DNA of 63,601 nt, filler included, from Chiloscyllium plagiosum (Eukaryota), in NCBI RefSeq assembly GCF_004010195.1. It is 6 parts of one record of this genome, joined end to end, with 100 filler letters (N's around TTAATTAATTAA, not from the genome) between each part and the next. Parts side by side here need not be neighbours in the genome. Positions count along the whole stretch, not along the records: positions 57,337 to 63,601 come from NC_057711.1; 5 more parts are not named here. One strand, given 5' to 3'. The stretch's first letter is position 1, and each line of letters starts with the position of its first letter. The notes below the pieces were generated by a model. That model was given only the letters and a program-made list of their open reading frames with translations. It had not been told where the DNA came from and ran no database searches. The translations under genes and the position numbers were made by a program. Shown here in pieces: positions 62,076 through 63,601 of this stretch.

Positions 62076-62979
62076 TTGTGGTGAAGTACATCAATTAAAT
62101 TTATCAACTGACTTTTCCCAAGTTGTAATGCTTTCATTGAAATTTTACTTTAAGATCTCAACTTTTACCTTTTCCTTGGACCTAGTAACTTAAAAATATG
62201 ACCACTCTAAATCATCTAAACACCAAATGAAGCAAGCAAGTAGCATGAAAGTAGCAATTTTCAATAGTAAGAATACTAACTACCTTGTTGATAAGGTGAA
62301 TGCAGATCAAGTTTAAGTACAAATTAATCTATGTATATAAGGCTCCTTTTTGTCCTGAAGAACTGGTTTCAAATTTTCAAATGTTTGTGCTTCCGTCACT
62401 GCACAGCAAATTCACACAGCTTGATGTACTGCTAAACGACAGCAGGTTCACATATTATTACCTGGATATAGAATGAGATGTTGAAATGCACTCCTTGAGA
62501 ATGTGAAGGAAGGTACAATCAGGTTTTAAAAGGGAATTGGATAAGCATCAGAAGAGGAAAGAAATTTGCAGGTTGCAAGTAAAGTGCAGGAGAGCAAGAC
62601 TCGCTAAGTTGTTTCTGCAAAGGGCAGCCTGGACACTAAGCACTAAATGGCCTCCTTCTGCACTGCAATTATTCTATAAATCCAGATAGCATCTGTGGGA
62701 AATAAGTGTTAACATTGCAGACCAATAACCTATTTTAAGCCGGGAAGATAAGAGTTCTGAAACCTTTTAATCAATTATGAATCCAAGGGAAGTAGGGTGG
62801 AGGAAGGCACGGAGGATGGCATGCACGGGCTGGGTGTTGCACAGTAAAGACAGAGAGAAGGACTGCCATAGAAGGGAGAGTAGATTACCTCATTCTCCCC
62901 ATAGAGATTAGAGATGTTCCTTTTGAAGAATGTTTGCATTCACGTAATACTTTCGCACACACTTCCTGAGTTGCAAGAT

Positions 62980-63375
62980 TCCAGGTTCAAGTCCCACTCC
63001 TGCTCTTGAGCACATGAGACTGACACTCCAGTGCAGTACTGAGGGAGTGCCACACTGTTAGAAATGCCAACTTTCAGGTAAGACATTATTGTGAGGCCCA
63101 TCTGCCTGCTTGGGGATTAAAAAAAAATCCCATTGCACTATTTCAAGCAGGAGCAAGGAAGTCCTCTCCAGTGCCTGGCAAATATTTATCCCTCCATTAA
63201 CAGAACAAAACCCAGATTATCTGGTCATTACCACAACATTAATTTATTGCTGCTTGTGCACAGGTTAGCTGCCATATTCCCCACATCTAAATAGTGACTG
63301 CACTTCAAAAAGTACTCCACTGTTTGTCTCGACACCTAATAGTCGTGAAAAGTGTGATATCATTGTAAGACTTTA
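62980..63375 (+). mobile_element. Deu-domain SINE (SacSINE1-like)
   Basis: GGTTCAAGTCCCACTCC head; CCCATTGCACTATTTC...CCTGGCAAATATTTATCCCTC...GATTATCTGGTCATT core. Confidence 0.72.
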
Positions 63376-63419
63376 AGATTAGAGGGTTCAGGATATTTTG
63401 ACTGAGGTTATACAGGCAT

Positions 63420-63601
63420 AACACAGCAGGCCAGGCAGCATCCTAGGAGCAGGAGAATCGACGTTTCGGGCATGTGCCCTTCTTCAGGAATGAGGCTGGT
63501 GTGCCAAGCGGACTAACATAAAAGGTAGGGGGGAGGGAATTTGGGGGAGGGGCACTGGAATACAATAAGGTGGAAGGAGGTGAGGGTGAGGGTGATAGGC
63601 C
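63420..63601 (-). mobile_element. PLE tail with intact hammerhead core at 63460-63487
   Basis: Minus strand CUGAAGA-AGGGC(acau)GCCC-GAAA-CG-UC. Confidence 0.78.

Overview
Vertebrate genomic DNA, very likely from a shark. This is inferred from HE1-type V-SINEs, HER1/CR1-type LINEs and SacSINE1/Deu-type SINEs. Five 100-bp artificial gap linkers (N44-TTAATTAATTAA-N44) interrupt the sequence. The window is mostly decayed retroelements: L1, Tx1-like, CR1, L2-like, Gypsy LTR and solo LTRs, several Penelope-like (PLE) families and SINEs. The only host gene I can support is the 5' part of RNF4 on the minus strand: a start-codon exon at 23137-23426 (5'UTR + MST) and the next coding exon at 14398-14503. 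Most striking structures: (i) a head-to-tail array of Tx1-like 3'UTR units with A-rich tails, captured ORF2 snippets and a shared GCAGTGTG junction motif, sitting inside a Gypsy LTR (3899-5474); (ii) many minimal hammerhead-ribozyme cores from at least three PLE families, including a ~350-bp palindrome with an intact core on each strand (26496-26849); (iii) a Deu-type SINE tail abutting the RNF4 start-exon splice acceptor, plus several uORFs; (iv) an L1 nested inside an older L1 with a recognisable TSD. All calls are by eye with no database searches, and repeat boundaries are approximate.
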